DNA of 64,000 bases from Lama glama (taxonomy: Eukaryota): the NCBI GenBank assembly GCA_028534125.1, contig CM052817.1:73596001-73660000 (forward strand), in the 5' to 3' direction. Of the stretch, positions 51,201 to 64,000 are shown in pieces. Positions within the stretch are counted from its first letter, which is position 1. Every line of letters begins with the position of its first letter. The notes beneath the pieces are model-generated. The model was given only the letters and a program-made list of their open reading frames with translations, was not told the DNA's origin and ran no database searches. The position numbers and the translations under genes are program-made.

Positions 51201-53859
51201 AATCCTCAGTACCCATCATAACATCCAATTTTGATGACAGTAATGGTGGTGGATAAAGGAGACTATCACACCCCAGAGAAGTTATGGGCCAAGCATGTCT
51301 AGTTAGATTTATTTAGAGAGAAATAACACATAGAATAAAGCCCTAAGAATAAGATGGAGTTTGCTTTAAATTGAGATGACAACTATCCCTTATTCCTAAA
51401 ATAATGACTACTTCTAATGTATACTGTACATGTCTTACTTGCATCACTTTTATTTAAAAACAAAGCCTAAATAAAATAGGAGCTGACAGAAGCTTAGACC
51501 TGACGCCTGACATCTTTTTAGTCAGATTAGAGACAGGGACTGGCAGACAGAACCGCATGGTTTCAAACGTCAGTAAGCTGACAGTATAGTAGGCTAGACT
51601 ATAAACAGCAGTTATGGTTCACTGTGATGACGCCCATGGTACATGGTTTTAAAGAGGGCTGTAGAAATGCACAGTGCAGTTCCCTATTCAGGCCCACGGA
51701 CCAGGTAGGACTTCATAAACATCTCCATTTATCTCATACCTTGTACTTTACCTGGATCGTAGCCTAGCTTGGCTGCCGAGATAACTCCTCCCAGAATTAA
51801 ATCCATCTTCTCCTTTACCAGGCTTCCGCTTTCCTTGATCAACTAATATGTTTACTCTTCCCTACTCCCTACTCTCACCCCTGGGAGGATTCATTGCTTT
51901 CTTTTTGTTGCCGTAATAGCTTTATAATCTAGTCTAGGCTTAGTTAGTGGTACACCCTACCCCTCCCCTGTTTTTAATAAAATCAGCACTATACAGCCAG
52001 AGAGATCAGACAGAAAGACAAGTACCTTGAGTAGGCATTTATGAGCTAACCCCCCACTTTTATCAATACTTTTACTGTTACCCTATTGATACAAGTAGAA
52101 GGGGGCTCTGGCTTCATGATAACCTAAGGGTTACTTGGTTTGGGAAGGAAGGCCCAAACATAGCTTTTGTAACAATCTTTCTGTACTCAAACCAGATCCC
52201 CTTTCCAGGGTGTCTCCAGCAGGGAGGAATGAATCAGAGATTCAGCTGTGTGGAGTCATATAACAAGCAAACAAGCAACGTAGACAATTGGATTTCTGGG
52301 GGAAAACTGTATTTTGAAGGCTACAGAGTTCAAGTGCCAGGCTATTCAGTGTTCAAATGCCAGTCCTCTTGCCAGACTGGCCTTTGTGGTGTCCAAATAA
52401 AGTAAGCATGAGATATTCTCAAACTTAGAAGACTTTTCTTAGAGGCATGATGGTAATGGGATGTGAGATCACCTCAATAAGTTGTATAGGGAGGTTGTGG
52501 GAGTTGTTTAGGCAGTAACAATGCCTTATTCAATACTCGGCTGAAATGTGAGTGTAAGAAATTACCATGATGACTTTGATGTTCTTTCTTTTTTCTTAGA
52601 AAAGCAGTTACTACACAAAATTTTTTTCACTGTCCCATCTTTCCAGCTCCCAAAGCATGTGTTTAGACTCTTTATTGGTTGCTATAATTATAGTTTTACA
52701 GTCTATTCAAACACTATTATAGAATTTATGACAATTGCATTGTGCTATTAGTAGACCTGCTTATTTTCTCCACACTTTTCTTTAATTCTTGGAGTTTTAC
52801 ACAATACCTGGCATATAAATGTTGCTCAGTTAATTTAATTTATTTTTTAAATAATGAGTAAATTAGCTCTTATTACTGATTGAACATATACGATTTAGAT
52901 CTCTACTAAGTAATACTGAAAAATACTAGAACAGATATATCTGGATAACATGGCCAGGGCAACCAAGGATACCTAGACCATCTGTAATTCAGGTAAAACC
53001 AGGGCTCAGCCTGAATTATTTAAATAATTCCCTGAGTCCCCTGCAGAAGACTAGGCAAGAAGTAGAACAAAACAAGGAGAACAGCACTCTTTCATACAGC
53101 CAGCTTTTCAAATACCCCGTTTTCTTGTTTCCATGGCAAGAAAATCTCCTGGGTGCATTGCCAGGAGATTCTCCCTTAGGAATTGGAAAAAAGAAAGAAA
53201 AGAAGGGAAGACACAGAAACCCACGACAGTGTTTTCTGAAAACAGCTTGGCTCTCCTGCTGATCATCGACGGCTGCCACGCCATAGAAACACCTCATCCG
53301 ATGGCGCCCAGGCTGCCTCTACTCAGCAGGCTGGAAGCTTGTGATTAATTTTGTTTGACAGCAGCAAAAAGTGTGCCCTACCTTGGATGTCCACAGATTA
53401 TTTCCAGTATGGTTGCTGCTGAAAATTCCATTAATGATTTCTATTATCTATTCAACTTGAAGGGAGGAGAAAAGTGCTTTTCTGAAAAAAGAAAATAAAT
53501 TGGACCCAGTCTTATGGAAAATCCGCATCCCCAGAGTGGACATCTGATGGCAGAGGAGTTGAGGAATAGATCAGCAATGTCAAATATTTTTTTTTTAACA
53601 GAAAGGATTTGATTTAACATTGACAATGTATCACTAAAGATCATGTTGCAACCAATAAAAATTTTTGATAGATGGCGCTTTCTTTTTCTTCCCAGTATTC
53701 AAAGATGGCAAATTTTCATGTTCATCTTGATGTGTATTTATTAAGTGCCTACTGTGTTCAAGGTGCTCAGTAAATATTTATTGTGTTGAACTGAGTGTCC
53801 TATTATAAATGTTTATGCCTAAGACCTAGTGCAAGCCATTAGAGAGGCTGTCATCCAAG

Positions 53860-54045
53860 ATGCTGATTCTCAACTGTGGCCACACATTAGAATCCTCATG
53901 GAGAACTTTAAAACTATTCTGATGCCTGGGTCTCACTCTCTGGAGATTTTGATTGAATCAGTCTTGGGTGGGGCTTGTGGTCTCAGTATTTTCCCTAAGT
54001 CTCCTCATATGTAATGTGCCAGTGGATTTGGGAATAAACAACTGG
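53860..54045. mobile_element. MER5A-like MITE
   Basis: TGATTCTCAACTGTGGCCACACATTAGAATC..GATGCCTGGGTCTCACTC..GGAGATTTTGATTGAATCAGTCTTGGGTGGGGC. Confidence 0.7.
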
Positions 54046-54524
54046 TCTAAAGAAGATGAGAAGGTAGTACACGGCCAAGTCCCCGCAGGTGTTCAGAAGA
54101 CAGTGTTTTAATCATTTGTCTATGTGAAAAGTATGAGAATTGAAAAGGAAGGCAAATTCCGTTTTATTGAGGCCATCAGGAGAAACTTCATGAAAAATAA
54201 TATTTCAATGGGCTTTAAATGTGTAAAGTTTTGATTGGCAGAGTTGGGCATCCGGGAAGAGTGTCCAAGGCAAGGATGAGAAAGAATGGGGCCAGTTCTG
54301 TGAACACTGAGGAACTAATGCATGATTATGAGAAAAGGAGTACGTAGTTGATGACTATTATGAAAAGTACCATGGATTTGTAATTTTGGCTATCTAGTAA
54401 GAACTTGAATACATTTATGAAATGGTGGGCTATTTCAGCCAACTTTTTGCCTCATGCTCCTAAAACAAGATTGAAGGTACCTCATGTATGGTGGAATAGG
54501 CATAGATTTTAAGATGCTCTGTAG

Positions 54525-55072
54525 TGCCTTGCTATTCAGTGTGTGGTCCTCAGATCAGCAGCATTAGTATTATCTGTAGTTTGTGAGAAATATAGGATCA
54601 TTCTAAGTGAGTAAGAGAAAGACAGATACCATATGATATCACTTATACGTGTAATGTAAAAAAATGACACAAATGAACCTGTTTACAAAACGGAAAGAGA
54701 CTCGGACATAGGAAACAAATTTATGGTTACGGGGGTGTGGGGAGAAGGGAGGAGGGAAGGATACATTGGGAGTCTAGGATTAGCAGATCTAAACTACCGC
54801 ATACAAAATAGATAAACAACAAAGCCCTACTGTATAGCACAAGGAACTATATTCAGTGGCTTATAATAATCTGTAATGAAGAGGAATATGAAAAAGAATA
54901 TATAACTGAGTCACTATACTGGACACCAGAAACTAACACAACATTGTAAGTCAACTATACTTCAATTGAAAAAAAAAGAAATATCGGCTCTTCAGCCCCA
55001 CCCCAGACCTAAGAATCAAAGCCTGCATTTAAAAAGATTTTTGTGTATCTACTAAAGTTTGAGAAACACCAC
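54525..55072. mobile_element. MER5A-like hAT-Charlie MITE, split by L1
   Basis: GTGTGGTCCTCAGATCAGCAGCATTAG..TTTGTGAGAAAT | CAGCCCCACCCCAGACCT..GAATCA..CTGCATTT..AAAGTTTGAGAAACAC. Confidence 0.75.
54597..54976 (+). mobile_element. L1 3' end inserted into MER5A
   Basis: CTAAGTGA..GAGAAAGACAGATACCATATGATATCACTTAT...CTATACTTCAATTG(A)n; TSD agaaatatagg (54586-96) / agaaatatcgg (54977-87). Confidence 0.9.
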
Positions 55073-55829
55073 CTTCATATCCAAATTAGTGCTACATGAT
55101 TAGCTGTAATCAAAGAGGGCAGTAGAGAAGTGATCACATGTTTCAGTAAATTGAATTCTCCTTGACTATGAATGAGAACAATGAATAATATTGACACGCG
55201 ATAACAGTCTCTTTTGATCGGATGTCTTTTTATATCTATCACGCCATATACTCCCGTATAGTAATTTATTTGTGTGATTACCACATTTCAATCCATGTGA
55301 CTGGTGAAATATTTCTCTCTAGTTCGAATCCTTATGTCCTGAACAAGGATCTTTTGACTTGATGGAACTTATTACGCTTTTCAAAGGGATGTCCTCAAAA
55401 TCACCCCTGAAAACCCATTATAATCTGATGTACTGTGCCACTGCCATATCTATTGCACACGGGTATGGTGGCAGATGGCAGATGGGGAAGAAAGACAGGG
55501 ACCTGTGACACTTCATCCAGGGACCCTGGATGCCAAAGTAGACCTGAGGCACACGGGGAGAGGGTCTAGCATGGGTGCTTAAGCACTATTTATATCTTTA
55601 ATCTGAATCAAACAAATAACTGTAAATAGTGATTCCAAGAAGTTTTGTTAAATGCCATAATATTTTATGGATGGCTGTTTTCCAACAGTGCCTCTGATCC
55701 AAGAAAAGGCAGTATATTCATAAATAATTACTAAACCATTGCTTTTCTCAAGTAGTATTGGATTTGGTGATCTGGTTAAATATCCTTGGGGTGATATTTG
55801 GCATGAAGAGTTATTATGCATTAGATGCA

Positions 55830-55985
55830 GACTATTCGAGGATGTTGTTCATAAAAGATATTCCAAACCCCACTGAAATTCTGACTTAGTAACTTGGGAA
55901 AAGGCTCAGGAATTTGCATTGAAACAAACGTTCCAGGAGATTCTGTTGTTGATGCTAAGAATACTGCATTTTGAAAAACATTGCT
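55830..55985. mobile_element. MER5B-like MITE
   Basis: ATTCTGACTTAGTA..CAGGAATTTGCATT..CCAGGAGATTCTG..TTTGAAAAACATTGCT. Confidence 0.55.
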
Positions 55986-57119
55986 GTATGCAGTATATTC
56001 TTAGGAACTGATAACTTTCTTCCAGTATCATTATTATCTAAAGCCCAGTTGTCAGGCTATTACCTGAGCTTAGTAAACTGTAGATCGATCCACTTAATCA
56101 GGCAACGTTTCTGAAAGAGATATTAAAAAATAATTTTTTATTTACTGTAGAATTTCATCTTCTAGGCATTGAAATGTGCAATCCCATTGTATTTGATTAT
56201 TGATAACATTGCATTTTTGTAGGAAATAGTTCAGTACATTTTTTGTAAGAAATTATAATCAGTATCTGACTTCACTGGGCTGGAAAGTTTTTTTGTTTTT
56301 GTTTTTGTTTTTTTCATACCTACTTACCATTGTAGGAGAAAGGGAGGGAAGGAGGAAGGGAAGGAGAAAAAGGAAAGTAAGTGATGTTCCTGTCCACAGT
56401 GAGGTGATTCAGTGGGCTGAAAAATAGTAGATTTAGATAATAATTGTCTTGAAAATCTGCTACCTGAGTCTATGCCAAATTTTATCTTGGAAAGTGGAGG
56501 GTTTGTTTCATTTCTTATGCTCAGTTTATCAGTGAATTTTAGTAACTGTGACTGGTCAATGATTTCATTGCCTTCCCATGTAAAGTGGAGCGAGGAGAAT
56601 TTGTAATATAGAAGGAGATACAAGAGTTTGAATACTCAGTTTGACAAACTTGAAATAGCTTTTTGACAAGTAAGGGAAAAAATACACTTGATTTATGTTA
56701 TTAAGACACCAAAAAATCTTTTATTTGAAATATGATATGATCAACAGATGATTAAATTGCCTTCACGTTCGTTATCACTTTATCTCTTGTTCCTAGCTTT
56801 ATTCTGCATCATGTAACAACAACAGCATCAACAGCAAGTGTTTGTGACATTTCAGGCTTTGTTATATTCAAAGTTGGTTTGTCTCCAATCAGTCATGCAG
56901 GGTTTTGTCAAGGGAGGATAACAGATCTCATTCTCTGAATGCTTTAAAAATAAAATATATTTCAGGGATTTTTACAAACTTTTGGATTAGCAGATTCAAA
57001 CATAAATATAGAACATACATTCAAAGTTGGTGAATGTATTGATGGTGCTTTCCTGAAAACAAAAAAGTCATAGTTGTAGTTAAAAAAAACAAAAAAGTTG
57101 TAATAAAAGTCAAAATCTT

Positions 57120-57600
57120 AATACTCCCTCAGCCAGTAATTTCCTTGCTAAGAATTTGTCTAAGGAAATAACCAGACACTTGAACAACCATTTATGTAAA
57201 TGAATGATCGTTGCAGCATTCTTTATTAATAACAAAGTAAACGTGACTGTTAAACCATGGAAACAAGGGTAAACATATTTTGATACATCTATCTGATACA
57301 AGAAAGTGCAGCCATTTAAATTAATATTTTTAAAAAATATTTAATAGGAAGATTCTCAGCATTTAATCAAGCTTCTCTCATATATTAAGAGAAAAAGAGC
57401 AGAATATAATAAAGTTAATTTTGAAAATGATAAACACAGAAATAAAAAATTGAATGGAAACACATTAAAATGTAACAATGAGTCATATCTAGAGTATTGA
57501 ATTGTAGGTGCTTTTAATTTTTTTCTTGATAATTTTCTGTATAGTTCAAAATATTTTCAATGAGCTTATGTGACTTTTATAATTAGGAAAAAATTTTAAG
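57120..57600 (+). mobile_element. Old L1 (L1ME-like) 3' region
   Basis: CCAGTAATTTCCTTGCTAAGAATTTGTCTAAGGAAATAA..GCAGCATTCTTTATTAATAACAAA..TGACTTTTATAATTAGGAAAAA. Confidence 0.65.
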
Positions 57601-59419
57601 GAAATGTAACTTTGAAAAATCTGGAATTGTGTTAAGGGTAGTTATGCTTAAGAACAGGTGGATGAACCTTTAATGAACCTTTAATGTCTCTTCAGTTCCA
57701 AGGACCATCTGCCCAGTCCTGTTAAGCAGTAACCACTGAAAGAAGTTAGATCCAATTAGTAAAGGCAGAGAGAAACAGTGCCTTTGTGAGTTGTATCTGT
57801 ATCCCTGTGCATATCTGCCACCTTAAGCTAATGGAGCTATTTACTGAGTTCAAGCGGTCCCCAAGGAAGGCTGCTTTCTGCTTTGCTTCTATGCAAGTGT
57901 TGTTCACTTTTTACAACTGGCTACTGAATCAAAGCCAGCAGATGACCATCCACGCTATTACAGAGAACAATAGTTGAAGCCCAGGCTTCTCAAGAGGGGC
58001 CCTGCTCCCATATCTTGAATATGACTGCAAAAAAGCAGACACCACTCAGGACTGTCCTATCTGTTTCTGCTCATGGGAGAAATACATAAAATGTGAAGAC
58101 AAAACACGTCGAGAGCCACATTTCATTGCATGACCTTGGAAAACTCAATTGAACTTCAGTGTATTTATCTTGAAAATAGGACCCTTAATGGCTTTCTCCT
58201 ATGATTTCCCATAAAGCACATAAGAAAGAAGTTCGTAAACTACAGTTCTGAAACAGTCGTTAGATGGTTATGTTCACATTTTCCACATGATTTCTTTTTC
58301 TTTTCAAGTACTTAGTGATGCTAAAGAGATAGTAAAATAGCATCAGTCCTCCTGCCTTGCCCGGGACCTCACGCTGCTTTGTAATGTGATCTCAAAATGC
58401 AACGCAACTGCATGGTCTGATGCTATTTATTATCACCATTTAAAGCGAACCCACATGTCAGTGGCATACTGAGCTGACAAGCTGTGATGTCATTGGCAGG
58501 AGCAGCACTTCCAGAAGGCAGAGTTGCTGAGGATTGTTTACGACATTATTCTCTCAGCATATTGAATGCTGCTGGTCAGTAGTGGCTGGGGAAATAAGGT
58601 CAAGTGAAGCACTGCGTTATTCACGACTTAGGGGTTACAGTCTGTCCGAGGCGTAGGCTGGACACAGACAAACTATGATTTCTTTTTCCTAAAATGAAGC
58701 TTAAATCTCATAGAGTTATCAGCACTTATTTTTGTTGCCTTCCAAAAGTTTATTAATTTTATGGTAGACAGACACTTTCCTTGGCAGAATAGAAAAATGC
58801 CCAGGTGTGAGCCTGTCCTGCTGTATTTTCTTGAGCTGTTTCATTACTTAATTTATAGATCAGCATTCCTGCCATTTTGAAAAAGGAAAAATACTGTTGA
58901 TGTTTGTTGCAGAACTGTTCTGATGTAGTGTGTACTGTTCTGATTCTCTTTCTACCTAACTGATTAGACCTTTCCTGATGTTCTCTGTGAGATCACCCTA
59001 TGGTCTTTTTTTCCCTAAAGCCTGATATGCAAAAGAGGTGAGCAGACACCATATTTTTTGAGATCTTTAGAAGCCAAGCTAATTGCTCTTTAGGCAACGG
59101 AGTTTTGTGAAGAGAGGAAATGATGGTAATATTTGTATTACAAAAACGTCACATTGGCAGCTCTGTGGACTATAGGCTGGAAAACATGGACAGATGCTAT
59201 TATCATCCAGGTGGGGATTTCTTCAATAAGGGCATTGGTAGTCAGGGATGAGAAGAAGGATTCAAGAAATATTTAGGAGGTGAAATCAACAGGTATGGAT
59301 TGGGTGTAAGGATGACCACCAGGTTTTTAGATTGGGTGTCTAGGGTGACACATCAAGAAGTGTTCTCTGTCTAGATACAATCTAGTCGAGAAAAGAAATG
59401 TAAGAATATGTAAATGCAA

Positions 59420-59655
59420 TTATCAAACAATTCCTGTGTGCCAGGCATTATACAAAACATTCCAGGTGCCTTGTCTCATTGATTCCTCTCATTGGTCCTA
59501 TGAGATACTATTGTTATTGCCATCTCAAAGATGAGGAGACCAAGGCTAAGAAAAATTGGGCAATACACTCAAAGTCACATGACTGGTAAATAGTGGATCA
59601 AAATTTGGAACCTCTCAAGTAGGCTGATTGTAAAGCCTCTGCTGCTCAACACCTA
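59420..59655 (-). mobile_element. MIR SINE (preceded by an L2 fragment at about 59060-59350)
   Basis: TGTGTGCCAGGCATT..TCTCATTGATTCCTC..CCTATGAG..AGATGAGGAGACCAAGGCT..CAAAGTCACATGACTGGTAAATAGTGGA. Confidence 0.7.
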
Positions 59656-62600
59656 GCAATGTTTATCCATAAATATTCTAGACAAAGTTCAGAAAGGAAC
59701 ATTGAACCACTTAGAAGAACCAACTGCCAAAAAGTATTTTAGGGATAGCCATTAATATAAAAGTAATGCAAAATAGTAAGCGGCTTTCTTCTCAAATTCA
59801 TACTTTAATACATAGATAAAATCGCTAATTCCCCAAATCAGAGCTTCTCAGAGGATAGTTTCAAAGATGGAAAGTTGCAGAATATTTCCTATAACCCCTT
59901 TATTTTTTTAAAAGGGAAATTAAAACCTAGAGAATGCTCACTTACTCCTCAAGTTCTCCTAGTAAAACAGGTGCAACCTACACAAGAACAAAAGCAAAAA
60001 AAATTCAAACTTAATCAAAGATGAAAATATAAAGCTGTTTTAATCATTAATTTAAGAGAGGAGAGCTGGTCACCACCCTGACATTCTTAAAGTCTTGCTT
60101 CTGGCGGATGCAGTTTTGGCTAACCTGGCTGTGGTCCTTTGTGACTTTAGAGAATGATGCACTTGCCACGTGGGTTCACTGGGCTCTGAGATGATCTTGA
60201 GAGCAAAACAGTCGCAGTGGCTCTCCCCGGGGAGAGATTTGTGTGTGGCTTATCGAGGTGAAATTGGTTTTGTTTGTTAGGGCCGTCTATCATATTACAG
60301 TCACCCTCTAATGGTCCTATTTTCCATTGTTATTCCTTATCACTAAAAGATTCTAAAAAATCAGGAATAGTAAAATAAGGTATAAAAGCCCTGGGAAGCC
60401 TTTTAAATCGTTTGATGGGAAAACAGTTTTGCTTATCAAGTGCTCATTCTGGAAAGCCTGCTTCCCATATAGTTTTGAGAAAATATACCCCAAAAAGCTT
60501 CATTCTAATCAAAGTGAAAGATCACTTTCTAAACTGAGCCATGACCAAGTTTTATATGATTATGAATTGTAAGTGACTAAGCTACGCAGGAAAACCCATT
60601 TTATGACTTTATATTCTTACAGGTTAAAATATTCAAGCCTGGAATCACCATAAGTATATGCAAAAACCCTTCAGAGGGAAGGGAAGAAATCCTGCCACTT
60701 GGGGTAAAAAAATCTGTCACATCTGTAGCTGGCTTGGCCTGCTTACTAGTTTTTCCTAAGTCTGTGCCCCATCATTTGTTGGTTAGTGGACGAGTAACCC
60801 ATTGATTTCGTTTTTCTTTGTTTTTACACCTTTGTCCCTGTAGGAACTGTATTTGGAATCAGTCTCCTCAGTTCAGAAAGGCAAAGGGAGACATGGGAAA
60901 AAGTGAAACCAAGGATGAATAGCAGAGATGGGGAGGGGGAGGATCGTTGTGAAAAAAGACACAGAAAGACCCATTAGGGACAGTGTGGTGACCTCCACAT
61001 TGATCCATTATCAACGCACTGACAGTACAAACAGAATTGTATGGGAACATTTTAATCTATACCATCCATGAACAAACTATTTTCAAGCACTTCAAAGGTA
61101 TTACAAAGCATATATTATTTTTATCAGACTCCAGAAATCTAGTATTTTATATATTTTAAAGAAGTAGAATTTCTTTTTTAAAAACTATAATGTATAGTTT
61201 TCACTAACTCAGACTATCTTTTCATTTAATTAGGCCTTTAATAAGATTTTTACTGCATATATCTAGTACCATTTACCACTTTACATTTTTAAGCTCAGCA
61301 TTAACAGGTATCAGTGGGACGCCTCTATGTACGTTGATTGCTTTTAAGTTTAAAAGGAGTATATTTCTAAATAGTCATTAGTTCCTTAAAGGAACATAAT
61401 TTCATTCCAGGGTAACAGTCTTTGATGCCCAGCTAGACTGGCCATTCTCTCCCAATTAATAAAGCTGGCATTCACTGAACTAAATTAATCACTAATTCAA
61501 CTATCTCAATCCTAGTAACATTAAGGACCATTTAGTAATAAAGTAATAAGAAACTGAATATTTAATAGAAAGAAGGGTCTATCCTTTAATGTGAAAAATT
61601 CATTATCATTGACAATTCTTGGGGAAATTTTTGCTGGCATAACGACTATTCTCAGCAGAATCTTGCCTTGTTCTGCTTTGGTTCTGCAAGGTGTTTTGAT
61701 GATTGAATAAATTATTTAAGTCACATGTGGGGAACATGTCATAGTTGGTTTAGACTTCAGATGATTTTACTTAAGTGATAAGTGCTTTTAATGATAGTGA
61801 AAATTATTTATTAATAACAAGCAAAATTGGCCACTTATCTCTCAAGTCTCAGATTAGATATTATTTCTTAAAGGAAATCTTTTCTCCTTATAATTAAACT
61901 CAATCATTACATTCTACACTTTTCTATCTTGTTCCCCATAAAATAACTTGATCCTACTTATATTCCCAGCAGTTGCTGCACCTTCTAGGTCCTCAATAAA
62001 TATTTGCCAAATAAATAATACATGAAAACCTGTTATACAAAAATGTTAAACATTTTATACTAAATTGGATTTGGATTTGCATGATCTGCATTTTGCATTT
62101 AAATATGCAACAAATGTGTACAAAAATTCAGCTTTATTTGGTAGAAGAATGAATTACTTCTCATTTCTATGGGATTATTACTTTTTTCAGATTTTGTAAT
62201 AGCTATACATTTTATTAATTTATATAATAATTTTATACTATTATTAACGATGAAATGCCATGACTATTAAATTGGCACATGCTTAGTTTTAGTGCACAAT
62301 TTCCCCTTCCATTTTACTCATTAGACTGTTTACAAAACCAGTTTAGTTTCAGCATTTGAAACCCACATGAGAGTATTCCTCTGATGTGGATAATTGTTTC
62401 AGTTGAGAACATTATACAAGAGAAGAGAGAAAACAGGGCTCAAATATTCCTACTCAATGTCCTTTGCATCTTATGAATATTATAAGACAGACTGCCTTAG
62501 TAATTTATTCCTAGTTCTCTCCTTAAGTTTTATATATTTAGGGTTTATTGTTATGTTTCTTAAAATATCATGTAAATTTTGCTATAAATATTGAGCCATC

Positions 62601-63154
62601 TTTGTGAAAGTAGCCCTGCTTAAATTAAGCTACAAAATCTGTCTGAATCTCAAAGGTGGGGACATGTCTGCACAGCTTGGGCACAAATCATGTGAGTTAC
62701 TCTCTGAATCATGCCCTCTGCTCCATCTGGAGAGGACAATGCAAGTCTCTATAATTTCCTAGTTACTTCTGCAGTTCGAGTGCACAAGTGATTTGTATCT
62801 TGTCTTCAGTTCCATCTTCTTTCAGAGGCACAAACCAGGTCCATCACTGATCGGTATAAGGAGTGGGAAAGGGTAATGACGGTGTATTCCTCCCATTATG
62901 TAGTCTGTAAAGCTCTCTGGGCCAAGCAAAATCATGTGGGCATTGAAGTTCAAAACCACAACATAGGTGCATTGATTTATAGTGACAGTGTTGCTTAGGA
63001 AATAAGAAATCTCAGTCATTAAAAAACATCAGCCAGTAGCAAGTATGTAAACTATTTTGTTTTACATATCTAGTATTCTGAATCAATTCATTCAGGTAAT
63101 TTTTTTTCTGAAAATATATCTCTAATGGATATTTAGATTTTATGCTAAATTTAG

Positions 63155-63620
63155 GTAATGTAAGAGTTATGGCTGATAATTACTATAATACATGACTGAA
63201 ATTTCATGGCTTAGCAAAAAGAAGCTTAGTTTTATTTATGTAAAGTCTAGTGCCATGATGGTGGCTTGGGGAGTCAGGCTTCTGTACATTTTGCATGCAG
63301 TTGTCAGGAATTTGGGTTTATACAGGTTTGTTTAGAGACTTAGGTTGATAGAGACTCTGTTTCTTCTAATATTGGGTTTCTGAGGTCTCCCTTGGGATTG
63401 ACCCACTGAGGAAATGAAATGTGGTGAATTGTGCAGGAGAGTTTTATCTAAAGTGGGTGTGTATTTCTTCCGCTTGGGTTCCATAATCTCTTACAGTCTA
63501 ACCAAATGCAAAAGGGGTGGGAAGATGAGGTCTTCAGTGGGTGGCCATTTTCCAAAAACAACCCTTCACTGTAAAAGGGCAGTGTGAATTTTTCGTGAAT
63601 AGCTTGCTTCCTCTGCTATG
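63155..63620 (-). mobile_element. Old MLT1 (J/K-like) LTR
   Basis: TATAATACATGACTGAAATTTCATGGCTTA..GACTTAGGTTGATAGAGACTCTG..CCAAATGCAAAAGGGGTGGGAAGATGAGGTCT; degenerate. Confidence 0.55.
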
Positions 63621-64000
63621 ATAAGAGAGTGACTACGATTGCTGTATTCAAGCAACCTCTGAAAATTGCCTTTTTAGTAATGGTGTTAAAAAGAAGGCTA
63701 TTTTTAAAAATGGAAACTTAACACTGTTGATCCATAAGTGAATACGTTTAGGATTATTGTTTTAGAACTAGAGGAGTTGTTTTGTCATCAGGTAGAATCC
63801 CATTTGGATGATTATGGAGATCTTCTTAGATTTGGGAAGTTTAAAATAGTTATTTTCCTCTTTTCCTCTGGTGATTATTTTTAAGTAAAGGGATAAAAAT
63901 TCCTCTTTCTGTGGTGGCTTAAATGAAAATTGCTAAGCAAGATGAGAGTTTTATTTAGAAGATACACATGACACATCATTTTGTATTATAATGATTATGA

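Larger units (their letters stand above)
31515..64000 (+). other. ANK2: ANK2 intron 1 (partial; continues beyond the window)
   Basis: GT donor after the last Lys codon. I found no exon encoding SDSNASFLRAARAG downstream; the sequence is repeat-rich and non-coding. Confidence 0.85.

Noticed and set aside
53664..53680. CTCF-like AGATGGCGC (and CCAGCAGGGCG at about 1271)
   Set aside because: Only half of the core motif matches in each case.
820..63019. The short ORFs (60-138 aa) in the six-frame track
   Set aside because: None resembles a protein I recognise. Many begin at TTG/GTG, overlap repeats or microsatellites, and are the sizes expected by chance. The real coding exon is absent from the track.

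Overview
Mammalian genomic DNA (AT-rich, CpG-depleted, full of interspersed repeats), not prokaryotic, so no operons, CRISPR arrays or defence systems are present. The young tRNA-derived SINEs (Vic-1 type) and L1 3' ends point to a camelid (alpaca/llama/camel); no Alu, B1, Bov-tA or PRE1 copies were seen. The only protein-coding sequence I recognise is the canonical first coding exon of ankyrin-B (ANK2) at 31431-31514 (+), [28 protein letters not shown]. It is too short for the ORF track. A TATA-less promoter (X-box, half-CRE, C-rich tract) lies directly upstream, and a long intron 1 runs past the window end. The rest is non-coding: MIR, L2, CR1/L3, L1, MLT1, ERVL solo LTRs, MER5/MER102, microsatellites and several motif-dense candidate enhancers. 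The listed ORFs appear to be chance ORFs. I did not find a clearly new biological system. The best leads are regulatory: an out-of-frame uORF overlapping the ANK2 start, a splice acceptor inside the promoter, a frame-preserving 63-nt cryptic exon, a recursive-splice-like site, and RFX, CRX/OTX and MEF2 motif clusters. Repeat family names are recognised from memory, and boundaries of old repeats are approximate.
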